A stretch of 64,000 bases of DNA from an uncultured delta proteobacterium (GCA_963752595.1 CAVVYZ010000002.1:1-64000); one strand, 5' to 3'; counted from the first letter of the stretch, positions 1 through 10,079 are shown. Notes: generated by a model from the letters alone, not told the origin. Numbers and translations are program-made.

Positions 1-18
1 AGGCCACTTTTTCCCAAT

Positions 19-216
19 TTACGCTTCTGCATTTTCCCTCCTATATTTTCTCCTATAACTGTTTAAGACCGAACGACTTGCGAACTTCGTCGCGTTATAG
101 ACCGCAGCACTCTTGAAACCAATGGTACCGGACATGGTGACCTGCCTGCAAGGCTGTCTTGGCAACTTCTGCTCCGATGCCGCGTTCGGTCCCTTGATAA
201 ACCATACTTTGCTCAT
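19..216 (-). pseudogene. Short-chain dehydrogenase/reductase remnant
   Basis: MSKVWFIKG resembles an SDR N-terminus and YNATKFA resembles the YxxxK catalytic motif, but they are only ~40 codons apart, implying a large internal deletion. Confidence 0.45.
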
Positions 217-369
217 GATCATTATCAAGATAGCCGCAGACCAGCATGGGAATGGATTTATTATATAGGTAGACGCAGAGAAAACTCGCCGTTTCAGTTA
301 TTGTACCGGCAAATAAGTATCTTGGGCAGTTTCAAAATTGGTGATTATTGATAGAAAGAGAGAAATAAC

Positions 370-556
370 TGTCGGAATTATTTACAACTTAAAAATAACC
401 ACCAAAGTCAATGTAGCTCTATCAATGCTTACTTTTAACACCAGAATATCTCTTATCAAATTGTCAGGTTTATTTACAAAATCATGTGGAAACTTGGATC
501 ATCGGATTAATAATAAAAGCAATTAAGGTACTTACATAATTGGCATAATCCTTGAT
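370..556 (+). promoter_or_regulatory. Two TGT-N11-ACA enhancer-like boxes plus a sigma54-like promoter upstream of the PEP-CTERM gene
   Basis: TGTCGGAATTATTTACA (370-386) and TGTCAGGTTTATTTACA (462-478); TGGCATAATCCTTGAT (541-556) has -24/-12 spacing with GA instead of GC at -12. Confidence 0.55.
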
Positions 557-609
557 AGATTATTGTGATCACATGTATTTCATCAATTACAACTGAGGGG
601 AGATATTTT

Positions 610-1268
610 ATGAGGAAGTATTCCTGTGTTTTGGCTTTGGTCGTATGTTTTTTCTGGCTCACTATAGGTAGTGCATCGGCGACACTCGTCACATTCAGCT
701 TCACCGGGGATGTGGGTGACGACGTATATAATGATTGGGGCAACCTTCTTGTCGCGGGTGATCAGGTTTCCGGTACAGTCGGGTTCGATTTAACCCACCG
801 AATGCCTCAAATGTCGGCGACCCCATCACGGGCGCGCTCACATTCAATGGTTATACCGTTCAAATGAACCGTATCGACCAACTATCATACTACAGTGATT
901 ATGCGTTATTCGTCTTTCATGGCACGGAAAATTTGCCGACTGCGAATACATTGGGAGCGACTGTTTACGAAACAGCTATCGTCGACGGAATAGTCATCAA
1001 ATTTAACGGCATAAATGGAATCACTGCCCCGCTGGACAGCTATCTGTCTTTCGACATGAACAACATATCCGTATGGCTTACAGGATATGCCTTTAACAGT
1101 GAAACGCAGCAGTCGTTTGACGGGTCGGTCACCCAGCTCGATCTCAGCAACGTGGAGTTCACGAACTCCTCTCCTGTGACGGAACCTGTGCCGGAACCAG
1201 CGACTATGTTGCTTCTGGGTAGCGGATTAGCTGGACTTGCAGCATTCAGGAAGCAGATGAAAAGGTAA
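610..1268 (+). CDS. PEP-CTERM sorting-domain protein (one frameshift near 795)
   Basis: Signal peptide MRKYSCVLALVVCFFWLTIGSASA in ORF 565..867; C-terminal VPEPATMLLLGSGLAGLAAFRKQMKR in ORF 864..1268; one added base in the C run near 795 joins them. Confidence 0.9.
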
Positions 1269-1291
1269 ACCAATTTATGATTGGGAACTAT

Positions 1292-1326
1292 AGGCAGGAT
1301 CTTCGATAGGTCCTGCCTTTTATTTA
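1292..1326 (+). terminator. Intrinsic terminator after the PEP-CTERM gene
   Basis: Stem AGGCAGGA (1292-1299) / TCCTGCCT (1311-1318) followed by a T-rich tract. Confidence 0.7.
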
Positions 1327-1338
1327 CATTGTTTTAAG

Positions 1339-1378
1339 ATAGCTATACTTTTCAAACCTTATACCAAAGTATAGCTAT
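1339..1378. repeat. Perfect 13-bp inverted repeat with 14-nt spacer next to the IS left end
   Basis: ATAGCTATACTTT (1339-1351) and AAAGTATAGCTAT (1366-1378). Confidence 0.8.
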
Positions 1379-1383
1379 TGGCA

Positions 1384-3268
1384 GAGACTGTTGAAAAAGT
1401 CTCCAAGGTCTTTACCAACCCCCCGAGCCTTCACGAAAGCCCCGAATATTTTTGATATGCCCCCGGTTCCTAAAGCCAATCAAGTCATTAGAATTTCATC
1501 GGGAAAATCACACATAAATCAGTAATAACCTGTCATAATAAGTGGTTACGTGGTATAAAGGTATTATATCCAAGGGGTGGAGATACCAAGTCTGTCCCGG
1601 TTTCGAAAGGACGCCATGGCAAAGTACAAACCTTATAACTACTCACAGGACATGTTCATACCTGTTTCACTAAAGGACCGGTTAATGCCCGGAAGCCTGG
1701 AGTATGCAATACACACGCTGGTTGACGAACGCATGGATATGAGACTGTTCGATGAGAAGTACTGGAATAATGACACGGAAGAAAGGCGTATGATCCCCGG
1801 ATACTGCTGAAGGTGGTTCTTATGGGGTATTCAAGGGGGCTTACTTCATCAAGGAAGATCGAGCAGGCATGCCATGAGAACGTGGTTTTCATGGCGCTTT
1901 CCTGCCGCCAGCACCCTGACCACAGCACAATATCGACATTCGTCAGTTCCATGAAGGAAGAGATCATGCCGTTATTCAGGGATGTGCTGCTGATATGCGA
2001 AGAACTTAAACTTCTGGGCGGAACGCTCTTTGCGCTGGACGGCTGCAAGCTTGCGTGCAATGCTTCACCGCAGTGGAGCAGAACGGTTTCCGAGCTGAAG
2101 GAAAAGCGCGTGAAGCTCGAAGAAAGGGTCAAGGAACTGCTGAAGGAACAAGAAGATGAAGACCGTAAGGATGCTGATAATCATTACAGGGAAAGGCAAA
2201 TCGAGAAGTTAAAGAAGCAGGCCGACCGGATAGAGACATGGTTAAAGCAATAACGGAGAACGACTTGGGGTCAGGGGCAAGGAGATCAAGAGCAACATGA
2301 CCGACAATGAGTCGTCGAAGATGGTAACTTCCAATGGTACGATCCAGGGATACAACAGCCAAGCGCTGGTGGATTCAAAGCACCAGATCATTGTTCATGC
2401 CGATGTATTTGGTTCAGGCCAGGACACTGACATTATCCCGCCAATAGTGGACGGTGCCAAGAAGAACATGGAGGAGATAGGTCTTACCAGGGATTATTTT
2501 AAAGGCAAGATCTTAACGGCAGACACCGGTTACCACAGCAGGATGAACATGCAGAAGTGCACTGACGAGGAGATAGACGCTTATATACCTGACAGCAAAT
2601 TTCGCAAAAGAGACCCGCGGTTCAAAGGAAGGAAGGGGTGTTCGGTCAGGACAAATTACGGTCTTAATGATTTCAGTATGAAGAAAAGAGCGACAAGTAC
2701 ATATGCCCTCAGGGAAAGATGCTCAGGTTGGAGGTTAAGAGTTGCAGGTCTTCCGGGATCATTTATCGAGGTATGTGGCGGAGATAGTGATTGCATTAAT
2801 TGCCCTGCGAAGCACAAGTGCATATATGGAAATGATCATGGGCCTAAACGTCTGATGGTTCCGACAGGCTCAGAAGGGGACAATCTCACGAAATTAATGA
2901 TAGAAAAAATTGAGAGTGAGGAAGGGCGCAGGATCTATTCGCAGAGAATGGGCATAGTGGAGCCGGTGTTTGCGAACATCCGAACCCTCAAGGGTCTGGA
3001 CCGGTTCACTCTTAGAGGCAAGATCAAGGTTAACATACAATGGTTGCTGTTCTGCATGGTATACGACATCGGGAAGATAGCGACTTATGGTTATGCCTGA
3101 AAAAAAGTGGGGTATGCAGTGAAAAAGCTTAAAAAACAACCGCGAAAAACTGAATTCAGTCTCTAAAATTTCCCGGTCACAAACTATCTGGAATTATTGA
3201 TAATGTTTTAATATTTTCTGAATTACCGGGAGCCACATCAACACCAAAAAGGGTTTTTCAACAGTCTC
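1384..3268 (+). mobile_element. IS1182-family insertion sequence
   Basis: Perfect 15-bp terminal IRs GAGACTGTTGAAAAA (1384-1398) / TTTTTCAACAGTCTC (3254-3268); GCA duplicated at 1381-1383 and 3269-3271; encloses a DDE transposase. Confidence 0.9.
1616..3100 (+). pseudogene. IS1182-family transposase, broken into several ORFs
   Basis: Motifs SSRKIEQAC, PDHSTIS, ALDGCKL, GYNSQ, ADTGY, RMGIVEPVFANI and RFTLRG, spread over ORFs 1577..1810, 1813..2253 and 2297..3100. Confidence 0.9.
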
Positions 3269-3321
3269 GCACGTTCTCTATCATTTAATTTTAGCTTAAT
3301 ATCTCGTTTGTATACTGTAAA

Positions 3322-3381
3322 TTGACATACTCTTTTGTCAAATGGCAAACTCTATTGCCTCTTGACCAACTCTTTTGTCAT
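3322..3381. repeat. Three tandem 20-bp palindromic units, probable operator array
   Basis: TTGACATACTCTTTTGTCAA (3322-3341), ATGGCAAACTCTATTGCCTC (3342-3361), TTGACCAACTCTTTTGTCAT (3362-3381). Confidence 0.75.
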
Positions 3382-3607
3382 GCGCACCGGTGGGGCTCTT
3401 CGGGTATTTTGATCGAGGCGGCGCAGCGACAAGGGCTGCTCCTTCCCTGCTCCCATAGGTGGGTCCGGATACTGGATATTTTCATTCTTGCCTTTATTAT
3501 CATAATATTGGATAATTGGATTTTGCCCATGCCCCGGCTCTCTTTTTTACAAAAGGGAGTGCATGCCGGCGGGCATGAATGAAGATTATACCTATAAGGA
3601 GTGAGGT

Positions 3608-5230
3608 ATGAAATACAGGGTCAGATTATCTTGGGAAATGGGCGTTTTTGCTGCATGTCTGGTTGTCTTCCTGGGCCTTGGGGGGTGCAATTCCGGAGGA
3701 GGCGGTAGCTCTACGGAAACAGGTGTCAAGGCCGAAGGGACATACGGCAAGGTGGGCATCCTCCTCACGGATGGACCTGCTGACGAATATTCGCATATCT
3801 GGGTAACGGTCACCGAGGTGTCCCTGATTCCTTCGGGAAAAGACGATGCCGTGGTTATTTTCAGCTCGGAAGACGGCTACAAATTCGATCTCCTGCAATA
3901 CCGCGATGAGGACTTCTTCCTGACGCTCAACGAGGAGGTCCCGGTCGGTACGTATGAAAAGGTGCGGCTGAAGGTCCTCAAGGTCGAGGCGGAAAGCCGG
4001 GAAGACGGGCTGTGCGATGAGATGGAGATCAAGGTCCCCAGCGGAAAGATCGACCTCAACCCCCGCTCTCCCATTATTGTCGAGGAGGGCTCGACCCTCT
4101 ATATCAGGCTCGATATCGACGCGAACAAATCCATCAATCTCCACAAGGCAGGAAAATCAGGCAAGTGCATATTCAGGCCCGTGGTCTTTGTCGATGTGAT
4201 CACCAAGGATGCCCTGCCGGAATGCCCGACACTCATTAAGGGTACGGTATGCTCGCTTCATGACGGCAATAAGGACGGCAAACCGGAATCATTCACCTTG
4301 CAGCGTGATCATGGCTGCCTGGGAAATATCGATGTACGGATGACCGCTGAAACTCTTGTTTTCAGGGAGGACGGCTCGTTCGGGTGCGCCTCTGATCTGG
4401 AAGAAGGGCAGCACGTCATGATCAGGGGCATGCTCGATGACGGATGCTTCGAGGCAACGCTCGTGATCATCGGCGATGCCCTGTGTCTCAAGGGCACGGT
4501 CAAGGAGCCTGTTGACGACACGGCCTTCGCATTGGCCCCGTCGGCGGGAGAAGCCGTAACCGGCGATATCACGGTCATCCTTGATGAGAAGACGCCCCTC
4601 TTCTCCGGATGCAATACACCTGCTGAAGCCGTTGAAGCGGATATGAACGTACTGGTCATAGGCAAGCTCGACGTCACGAGCCGGAAGCTCTATGCAGCCA
4701 TCGTGCTCATACAGTCCGATGAAGTGTCCGGCACTACAGGGAGCGTGGAGAAGGTCGAGGGCGGATACTATCTCACCATCAATCTTGAAGCGGGCGGGAC
4801 CGAGAGGATATTTATCTCGACAGGTACCCGCATCGTCATCGAAGGTGACGGCCTTTTCCCTGCGGAAATGATCCCGTTCCTCTGCCTGCACCCGTACCAT
4901 GTGAGGGTTATCAGGGGAAGTGACGCTTCCATTGAGCTGAGGATCACACCCGAATCGGTGAAGGGGGAAGTCGTAGATATCTGTTCTCCTTTAGACAGGA
5001 CCATCCTCGTGGATACGGAAGATGCCGATTGCGATGCGAAGGTCAGGATCATGTACCTGGCAACCGGGGTGGAGACCACCGGGGAATGTGACCGTCTTAT
5101 CTCCTTCTCCGATATAGACGAGGGCAATTCCATCACCTGCTTCGGGTTCTGGAAAGGTTCAGGCGATGATGCGGAATTCTGTGCTTTCGTATACGTCGTG
5201 AGCGATCAGCAGTGCGAAGTAGATGATTAG
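3608..5230 (+). CDS. Lipoprotein with a DUF4382-like N-terminal domain and repeated beta-rich (DUF5666-like) domains
   Basis: 540-aa ORF with SD; lipobox LGGC followed by a Gly/Ser linker; LLTDGP...IWVTVTEV, GTYEKVRL and KVPSGKIDL...LDIDANKS motifs; repeated KGTV units. Confidence 0.75.
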   Translation: MKYRVRLSWEMGVFAACLVVFLGLGGCNSGGGGSSTETGVKAEGTYGKVGILLTDGPADEYSHIWVTVTEVSLIPSGKDDAVVIFSSEDGYKFDLLQYRDEDFFLTLNEEVPVGTYEKVRLKVLKVEAESREDGLCDEMEIKVPSGKIDLNPRSPIIVEEGSTLYIRLDIDANKSINLHKAGKSGKCIFRPVVFVDVITKDALPECPTLIKGTVCSLHDGNKDGKPESFTLQRDHGCLGNIDVRMTAETLVFREDGSFGCASDLEEGQHVMIRGMLDDGCFEATLVIIGDALCLKGTVKEPVDDTAFALAPSAGEAVTGDITVILDEKTPLFSGCNTPAEAVEADMNVLVIGKLDVTSRKLYAAIVLIQSDEVSGTTGSVEKVEGGYYLTINLEAGGTERIFISTGTRIVIEGDGLFPAEMIPFLCLHPYHVRVIRGSDASIELRITPESVKGEVVDICSPLDRTILVDTEDADCDAKVRIMYLATGVETTGECDRLISFSDIDEGNSITCFGFWKGSGDDAEFCAFVYVVSDQQCEVDD

Positions 5231-5233
5231 GTT

Positions 5234-6964
5234 TCAGCACACCTTGTCCGTGCCGCAGCGTATCACCTGGCCGGCCCTGCTGTGATCGCGGTATATGGTG
5301 ATGCCTTTGCACCCGAGCTCGTAGGAGAGTTTCAATGTCTCTATCATCTCCTCCACAGGGATGTGTGAGGGGAAATTGATGGTCTTTGAGACGGCATTAT
5401 CCGTATGGCGCTGGAATGCTGCCTGCATCTTCACGTGCTGCGAGGGCGGGATATCCAGCGCTGTCACGAACAGCTTCCCTATTTCGGGCGGGATGGGCAG
5501 CCGGGATGGCGGTATGCTGTGCGAGCACGCCTCCACCTGCTGCTCTGCATCCGGTACACTTAAGTCGTGAGCGATCTGCCGGAACACCGGGTCCACCTCG
5601 GAAAGCTCTATCCCTCCTGCTGCGATGCGTGAGGTTGACAGTGCATACAGGGGCTCGATCCCGGATGAGCAGCCGGCGATAATGCTCAGTGTGCCCGTGG
5701 GGGCGATGGTCGTCACCATGGCATTGCGTATGGGCGGTTCTCCCCTTCCGGCATGGACGCTCGCGGTGAAATTCGGGAAACCTCCCCGTTTTGCCGCCAG
5801 TGCACGGGATGCTGCATGCGCCTCGTCCGTAATAAAAGCCATAATTTCCTCTGCAAGCCCGAGGCTCTGCCTCGATCCGTAAGGAATGCCCATCAGGATG
5901 AGGAGATGGGCAAACCCCATGACGCCTAAGCCGATCTTGCGATTTGCCCGGGTCATCCTTTCGATCTCCTGGATCGGGAAATGATTGACCTCGATGACGT
6001 CATCGAGAAAACGCACGGCAAGGTCTACGGTCTCTCCCAGCCTTGCCCAGTCTACTTCGGGCGACTTCGCACCCTGGCGGAGCATCTTCACCAGATTGAC
6101 AGACCCGAGGTTGCACGACTCGTAGGCGAGAAGCGGCTGCTCGCCGCAGGGATTAGTGGCCTCGATGGGGCCGTGGAATGGCGTGGGGTTGTACCGGTTG
6201 ATGCGGTCGAGGAAGAGCAGACCCGGTTCGCCGCTCTCCCAGGCGCACTCCGCGATAAGATGGAAGAGGGCCTGAGCGCTTATTTTCTTTACGATACGAT
6301 TATTCCTTGGGTTGATCAGCGCATGATCGACGTCTTGCTCAAGGGCCTTCATGAAACCGTCGGTGATGCCGACGGAGAGATTGAAGCTCTGCAGCTCGTG
6401 CGGGTTTCTCTTGACGGCCACGAACTGCTCGATGTCGGGATGATCCACCCGCAAGACTCCCATGTTGGCCCCCCGGCGCGTTCCCCCCTGTTTGATGATC
6501 TCTGTCGCAGTATTGAATATCTTCATGAATGAGACCGGGCCGCTTGCGATCCCGCTGGTTGTCTGGACAATGTCGTTCACGGGCCGCAGCCGGCTGAAGG
6601 AAAAACCTGTCCCGCCGCCGCTCTTATGGATAAGGGCCGTTTCCTTGAGCGTGTCGAAGATCGATTCCAGGCTGTCTTCAATAGGAAGGACAAAGCATGC
6701 GGAGAGCTGGCCCAGCTGCCTGCCTGCATTCATGAGGGTAGGGGAATTGGGGAGGAAGGTGAGCGTTGTCATGAGGTCGAAGAACTTCTCTTCGTACTCC
6801 CCTGTCTTTGCATTCCAGTCGAATATCTTCTCTGCAGCGGCAACATGGTGCGCCACCCTGCGGAACATCTCTTCCGGGGTCTCGATGACAGCTCCCCGTT
6901 CATCTCTTTTCAGATACCTGGCCTCGAGGATCTTCCTCGCGTTGTCGGATAGCAATAGTCCCAT
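5234..6964 (-). CDS. nrdJ: Adenosylcobalamin-dependent (class II) ribonucleotide reductase
   Basis: FLPNSPTLMNAG, LSACFV, GGTRRGANM, ATNPCGEQ, TIAPTGT, AVSKTIN and GCKGITIYRD motifs; AAGGAGG SD before the ATG at 6964. Confidence 0.93.
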   Translation of the reverse strand: MGLLLSDNARKILEARYLKRDERGAVIETPEEMFRRVAHHVAAAEKIFDWNAKTGEYEEKFFDLMTTLTFLPNSPTLMNAGRQLGQLSACFVLPIEDSLESIFDTLKETALIHKSGGGTGFSFSRLRPVNDIVQTTSGIASGPVSFMKIFNTATEIIKQGGTRRGANMGVLRVDHPDIEQFVAVKRNPHELQSFNLSVGITDGFMKALEQDVDHALINPRNNRIVKKISAQALFHLIAECAWESGEPGLLFLDRINRYNPTPFHGPIEATNPCGEQPLLAYESCNLGSVNLVKMLRQGAKSPEVDWARLGETVDLAVRFLDDVIEVNHFPIQEIERMTRANRKIGLGVMGFAHLLILMGIPYGSRQSLGLAEEIMAFITDEAHAASRALAAKRGGFPNFTASVHAGRGEPPIRNAMVTTIAPTGTLSIIAGCSSGIEPLYALSTSRIAAGGIELSEVDPVFRQIAHDLSVPDAEQQVEACSHSIPPSRLPIPPEIGKLFVTALDIPPSQHVKMQAAFQRHTDNAVSKTINFPSHIPVEEMIETLKLSYELGCKGITIYRDHSRAGQVIRCGTDKVC

Positions 6965-7112
6965 GGCGTCCTCCTTACCGTAGTAATAACGATGAAGCAT
7001 GGGTGAGTAAAGACGGGCAAAGTAAAATATTGAAATAGTGTGCTTTTTAGGAGTAATAAATAGTAAGTCCGGCAGTTTGTCCCGGAACTGATAACCGCCA
7101 AAGGGGGGTGAC

Positions 7113-7556
7113 ATGAAGAAAAAATGGTGGAAAGCCGGTACATGCATACCTCTCCTGGCAATGATCGCTGGTTCTCTCCCCGCCTTTGCACAAGATGCCG
7201 ATACTGCCGCAGCACTTCGGGGGGGCTTCAAGCTTGCAGCCTTGGCAGGTACGAAAATCCATGCGCCGGACACGGCAAGCTGCAGGGGCATCGATAGAAA
7301 CATCCAGGCCTTATCCTACGGGGAACTGCCGAGCAAAACCCGAATCCTCCCCGGCCAGGATGGAACACTTGATGACCGTCCCCTTGAAGAAGAGCCTTTA
7401 TACGAAAATCAGTTCCCCGATATACAGCCGGATACCGATCTCCCCCCCGGGGGCGAAGAGGATGAGATCATGGAAGACGAGCCGCTCGAAGAGGTCATGC
7501 CGCCGGGGACACCCCCCGGTGACGAGCCTGACCCTGATGATCCGCTTTTTGAATAG
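7113..7556 (+). CDS. Hypothetical secreted protein with an acidic, Pro-rich C-terminus
   Basis: Signal peptide MKKKWWK...LPAFA; G-rich SD; D/E/P-rich tail. Confidence 0.6.
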   Translation: MKKKWWKAGTCIPLLAMIAGSLPAFAQDADTAAALRGGFKLAALAGTKIHAPDTASCRGIDRNIQALSYGELPSKTRILPGQDGTLDDRPLEEEPLYENQFPDIQPDTDLPPGGEEDEIMEDEPLEEVMPPGTPPGDEPDPDDPLFE

Positions 7557-7587
7557 CGTAAAAGGAAAAAATGAAGAAGCACCTTTC

Positions 7588-7788
7588 ATGGATAATCTTA
7601 AGCGTCCTGTTCATGGCCGTTACCCTGTGGGGAGGGGCACAGGGTCTATTTTGCAAAAAAGAGAGGAGCCGCGCGAGGTAGTGCTGGGCAGGGCTCGTGA
7701 ATACATCCGGCACAAGCTCGATGAGGATGCAGCGCCACACCTTGATCTCATAAAGACGAGCAAAGATGACCTGATATATGAAGGCTGA
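7588..7788 (+). CDS. Small hypothetical protein
   Basis: 66-codon ORF MDNLKRP...DDLIYEG following the previous gene; no family recognised. Confidence 0.3.
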   Translation: MDNLKRPVHGRYPVGRGTGSILQKREEPREVVLGRAREYIRHKLDEDAAPHLDLIKTSKDDLIYEG

Positions 7789-7981
7789 AGCAATAATATC
7801 CAAGATGATGATACTGACCTATTGATATCTCCTGAACCTGACTCTATTCAAGAATTGGTACAAAAAAGGCCTCTAGATGAAATCCCTTGCGGGTTCATTT
7901 TCATGAGGCATTCGACGAAGTGACCCATAAGAAAGATTCAGTCATAGAGGTCTTCAAAAGAAGCAAAAGGAGGAAAGAACA

Positions 7982-8179
7982 ATGGCTACTAAAGGAAGTT
8001 CTGCAGAATTAGAGAAATATCTTAAAGGGATAGATTATCCTGCAAGCAAGGATGATCTTTTGCAGAAAGCCCGTTCGAACGGTGCCCCGGATGAGGTGAT
8101 CGACATGATCAACGGTCTCACCGAAAGCAAATTTAATTCACCGATTGACGTAAGCAAGGCTCTCGGTGGAGCTCATTAA
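7982..8179 (+). CDS. DUF2795-family small protein
   Basis: YLKGIDYPASKDDL...A..NGAPDEV...F.SPIDV pattern; strong AGGAGG SD. Confidence 0.85.
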   Translation: MATKGSSAELEKYLKGIDYPASKDDLLQKARSNGAPDEVIDMINGLTESKFNSPIDVSKALGGAH

Positions 8180-8414
8180 CCCGGCACCGGGAAGACAATG
8201 GATTTACAGAGAAACAAGAATTAAGTCGGTAACACACAATAGATGTTACCTTCGAGGGTGCCGAATCTTATGATCCGGTACCCTTTGTTTCCGGCAGCAA
8301 AGCCGGCTCCGTCATGGGCATGAGGTGTAAAAGAGAGCGCACCAATGAATGAAAGTGTGAGCAGGATGGATTGAATCCGGGGGAACCTCATCGATTCGGT
8401 ATGATTTATCATGA

Positions 8415-8704
8415 TCAGTCGGTTTTAATCTGTCCGGTAACGTTCCCTCGGGGTTTCAGCACCACGAATCCCACCACTTTTGCTCCGTCCATGGCGTTTT
8501 CTTAAAGCTCCCAGAGGGATAAGCGTTTCGCCGATGCCGAGGCGAAACAGCTTCGGGCGGCCCCCGCAAATCGGGGAGAATTTCTCCGCTGTTCAGCCTG
8601 GCTTTGACTTCACGGAGGGCAATGGCATGGGGTTGTCCTTTATCATCTACGACGGCTTCCTTGGGGCCTGCCGCCTGATGACTAGGGATTCGTTTCGTGC
8701 TCAT
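8415..8704 (-). pseudogene. Internally deleted FAD oxidoreductase (CoA-disulfide reductase-like) with C-terminal rhodanese domain
   Basis: N-terminal MSTKRI..AAGPK is followed almost directly by EVKARLNSGE...DLRGP and, after a frameshift, RLGIGETLIPLGALRKR. Confidence 0.55.
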
Positions 8705-8796
8705 ATGCATATATCTCCGGTGCTGTCTTTATTTGCATTCATAATGCTTTTTTCTCCGGTCCGGTCTTCCTGGAGCAGACCCTCAGGCGCCTTGGC

Positions 8797-9610
8797 CTAT
8801 GAAACGGGAAAGGAGAAGGCTGTTCCCGATGCACCCGGCCTGTAGATATCGGCGAATCGCTCTTTGAAGTATGAGCATGCCGCTTCTCCGGTGCAGTGGT
8901 TCGGGGAGATGAGGGCAGGGCGCAGTTTTCTATGGCCTCTGCGGTTATTTTTATGTCTCGCTGTCCGAACTCAGAGGTGCATGCCGCCGATGATGGCCCG
9001 GATATCGCTGCGGCCGCTGTTTTCCCTGATGTACGCCACTGTGTTCAGGGCACCGGATGGGCGCATCCGAGACTACATCGGGCCTTCACCGGACTCGATC
9101 CGGGCCTGGTCATCCGGCATCGTGTCATGGAAGTGCCTGCTACATCAAGGGTGAATGGCTCCATGATCTTTCAAAGGTGTCCTGCGCGGCACAGGCCGGT
9201 AAGGAAGACATGATCGGTGAGCCTCGTGACATTGTCAGGAACAGACACCGGTGGTTCTTCCATGAGCCTGCAGCGACGGCCCTGGCATGCCGATGGGCAT
9301 GGCCTGGTTTGGAACACCCAAGGTATTGGGTCCTGCAGCATCGGGATGAAGGTGGACAGTATCTCGTGACTGTTCCATGGCGATCGGAATACCTCCGGTA
9401 TGATCGGAGTGACCGTGGATCAAGACCAGATGGACCGATCTCGACAGGTCATACCGGCTTATCGGCGTTCGTTGCAAAGGCTCCGGCAGCGGTATGAACA
9501 GGATATTGGTGCCGTCCGTTCGATCCAATCGAAAGCCCATACTCGGCCGTCAGGTTCTCTTTTTCCGATGTATTCTCCGATAGAACCGTTATCTTTACTT
9601 CTTTACCCAT
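8797..9610 (-). pseudogene. MBL-fold metallo-hydrolase, multiply frameshifted
   Basis: MGKEVKITVLSEN...AEYGLS, HGHSDHTGG, DDQA, SGCAH, IIGGMHL and PNHCTG motifs in changing frames; SD before the ATG at 9610. Confidence 0.75.
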
Positions 9611-9726
9611 GGTTCCTTCCTCAAGACACGGTTTGATTCATGTGCCTCCCGATTCCCCGGACACGAATTCATGCGTCGGCAGAGGGGCTGGCGGTGATCA
9701 TCCCGGGAGAAGAAGAGCTTGATGGA

Positions 9727-10079
9727 TCAGGGGCATGAATGATGATTACATGCATTATTATCCTCGGATTTCCGTCAGTGTATTCTGTTAAACCTCCTGA
9801 TGACATCCTGGATCGTCTGGCCGGCACCTACCCTGCAGACTTTTATCCCATGGTACGGAGATTAATGATGGCCCCGGCGCCTATCCCCCTGCACCAGGAT
9901 GCCACGGGTCGGCCTGATAATGCCGTTATGGGGCTGCACTGGGGGAGGTGAAGGTCGCGTTGGTAAGGATCCATGGGTTTGCTGTGTATCATAGATCGCA
10001 AAATGCGGTGAGCTCCCGAAAGGTCCATACACTTTTGTGTCCATTCCTTCATTCTTCTCAATGGGATGAAGATGTTCAT
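9727..10079 (-). pseudogene. NifB/NifX-family (dinitrogenase Fe-Mo cofactor-like) small protein, frameshifted
   Basis: MNIFIP, VYGPFGSSPHFAIYD, C.PI..L and CRGIGAGAI..L..MG motifs; His/Cys tail ACNHHSCP. Confidence 0.7.

Noticed and set aside
3322-3381. Mini-CRISPR or c-di-GMP riboswitch (GGCAAAC at 3344)
   Set aside because: The units abut with no spacers and no cas genes are nearby; the GAAA tetraloop and GCAAAGC elements of the riboswitch are absent
6965-7303. N-terminal extension of NrdJ in the 689-aa ORF, or a cobalamin riboswitch/NrdR box here
   Set aside because: A strong SD precedes the ATG at 6964, the extension overlaps the opposite-strand gene, and no convincing regulatory motif was seen
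8221-8412. 63-aa minus-strand ORF with a signal-like stretch
   Set aside because: Short, no recognisable family, at the tail of a decayed operon; cannot be supported
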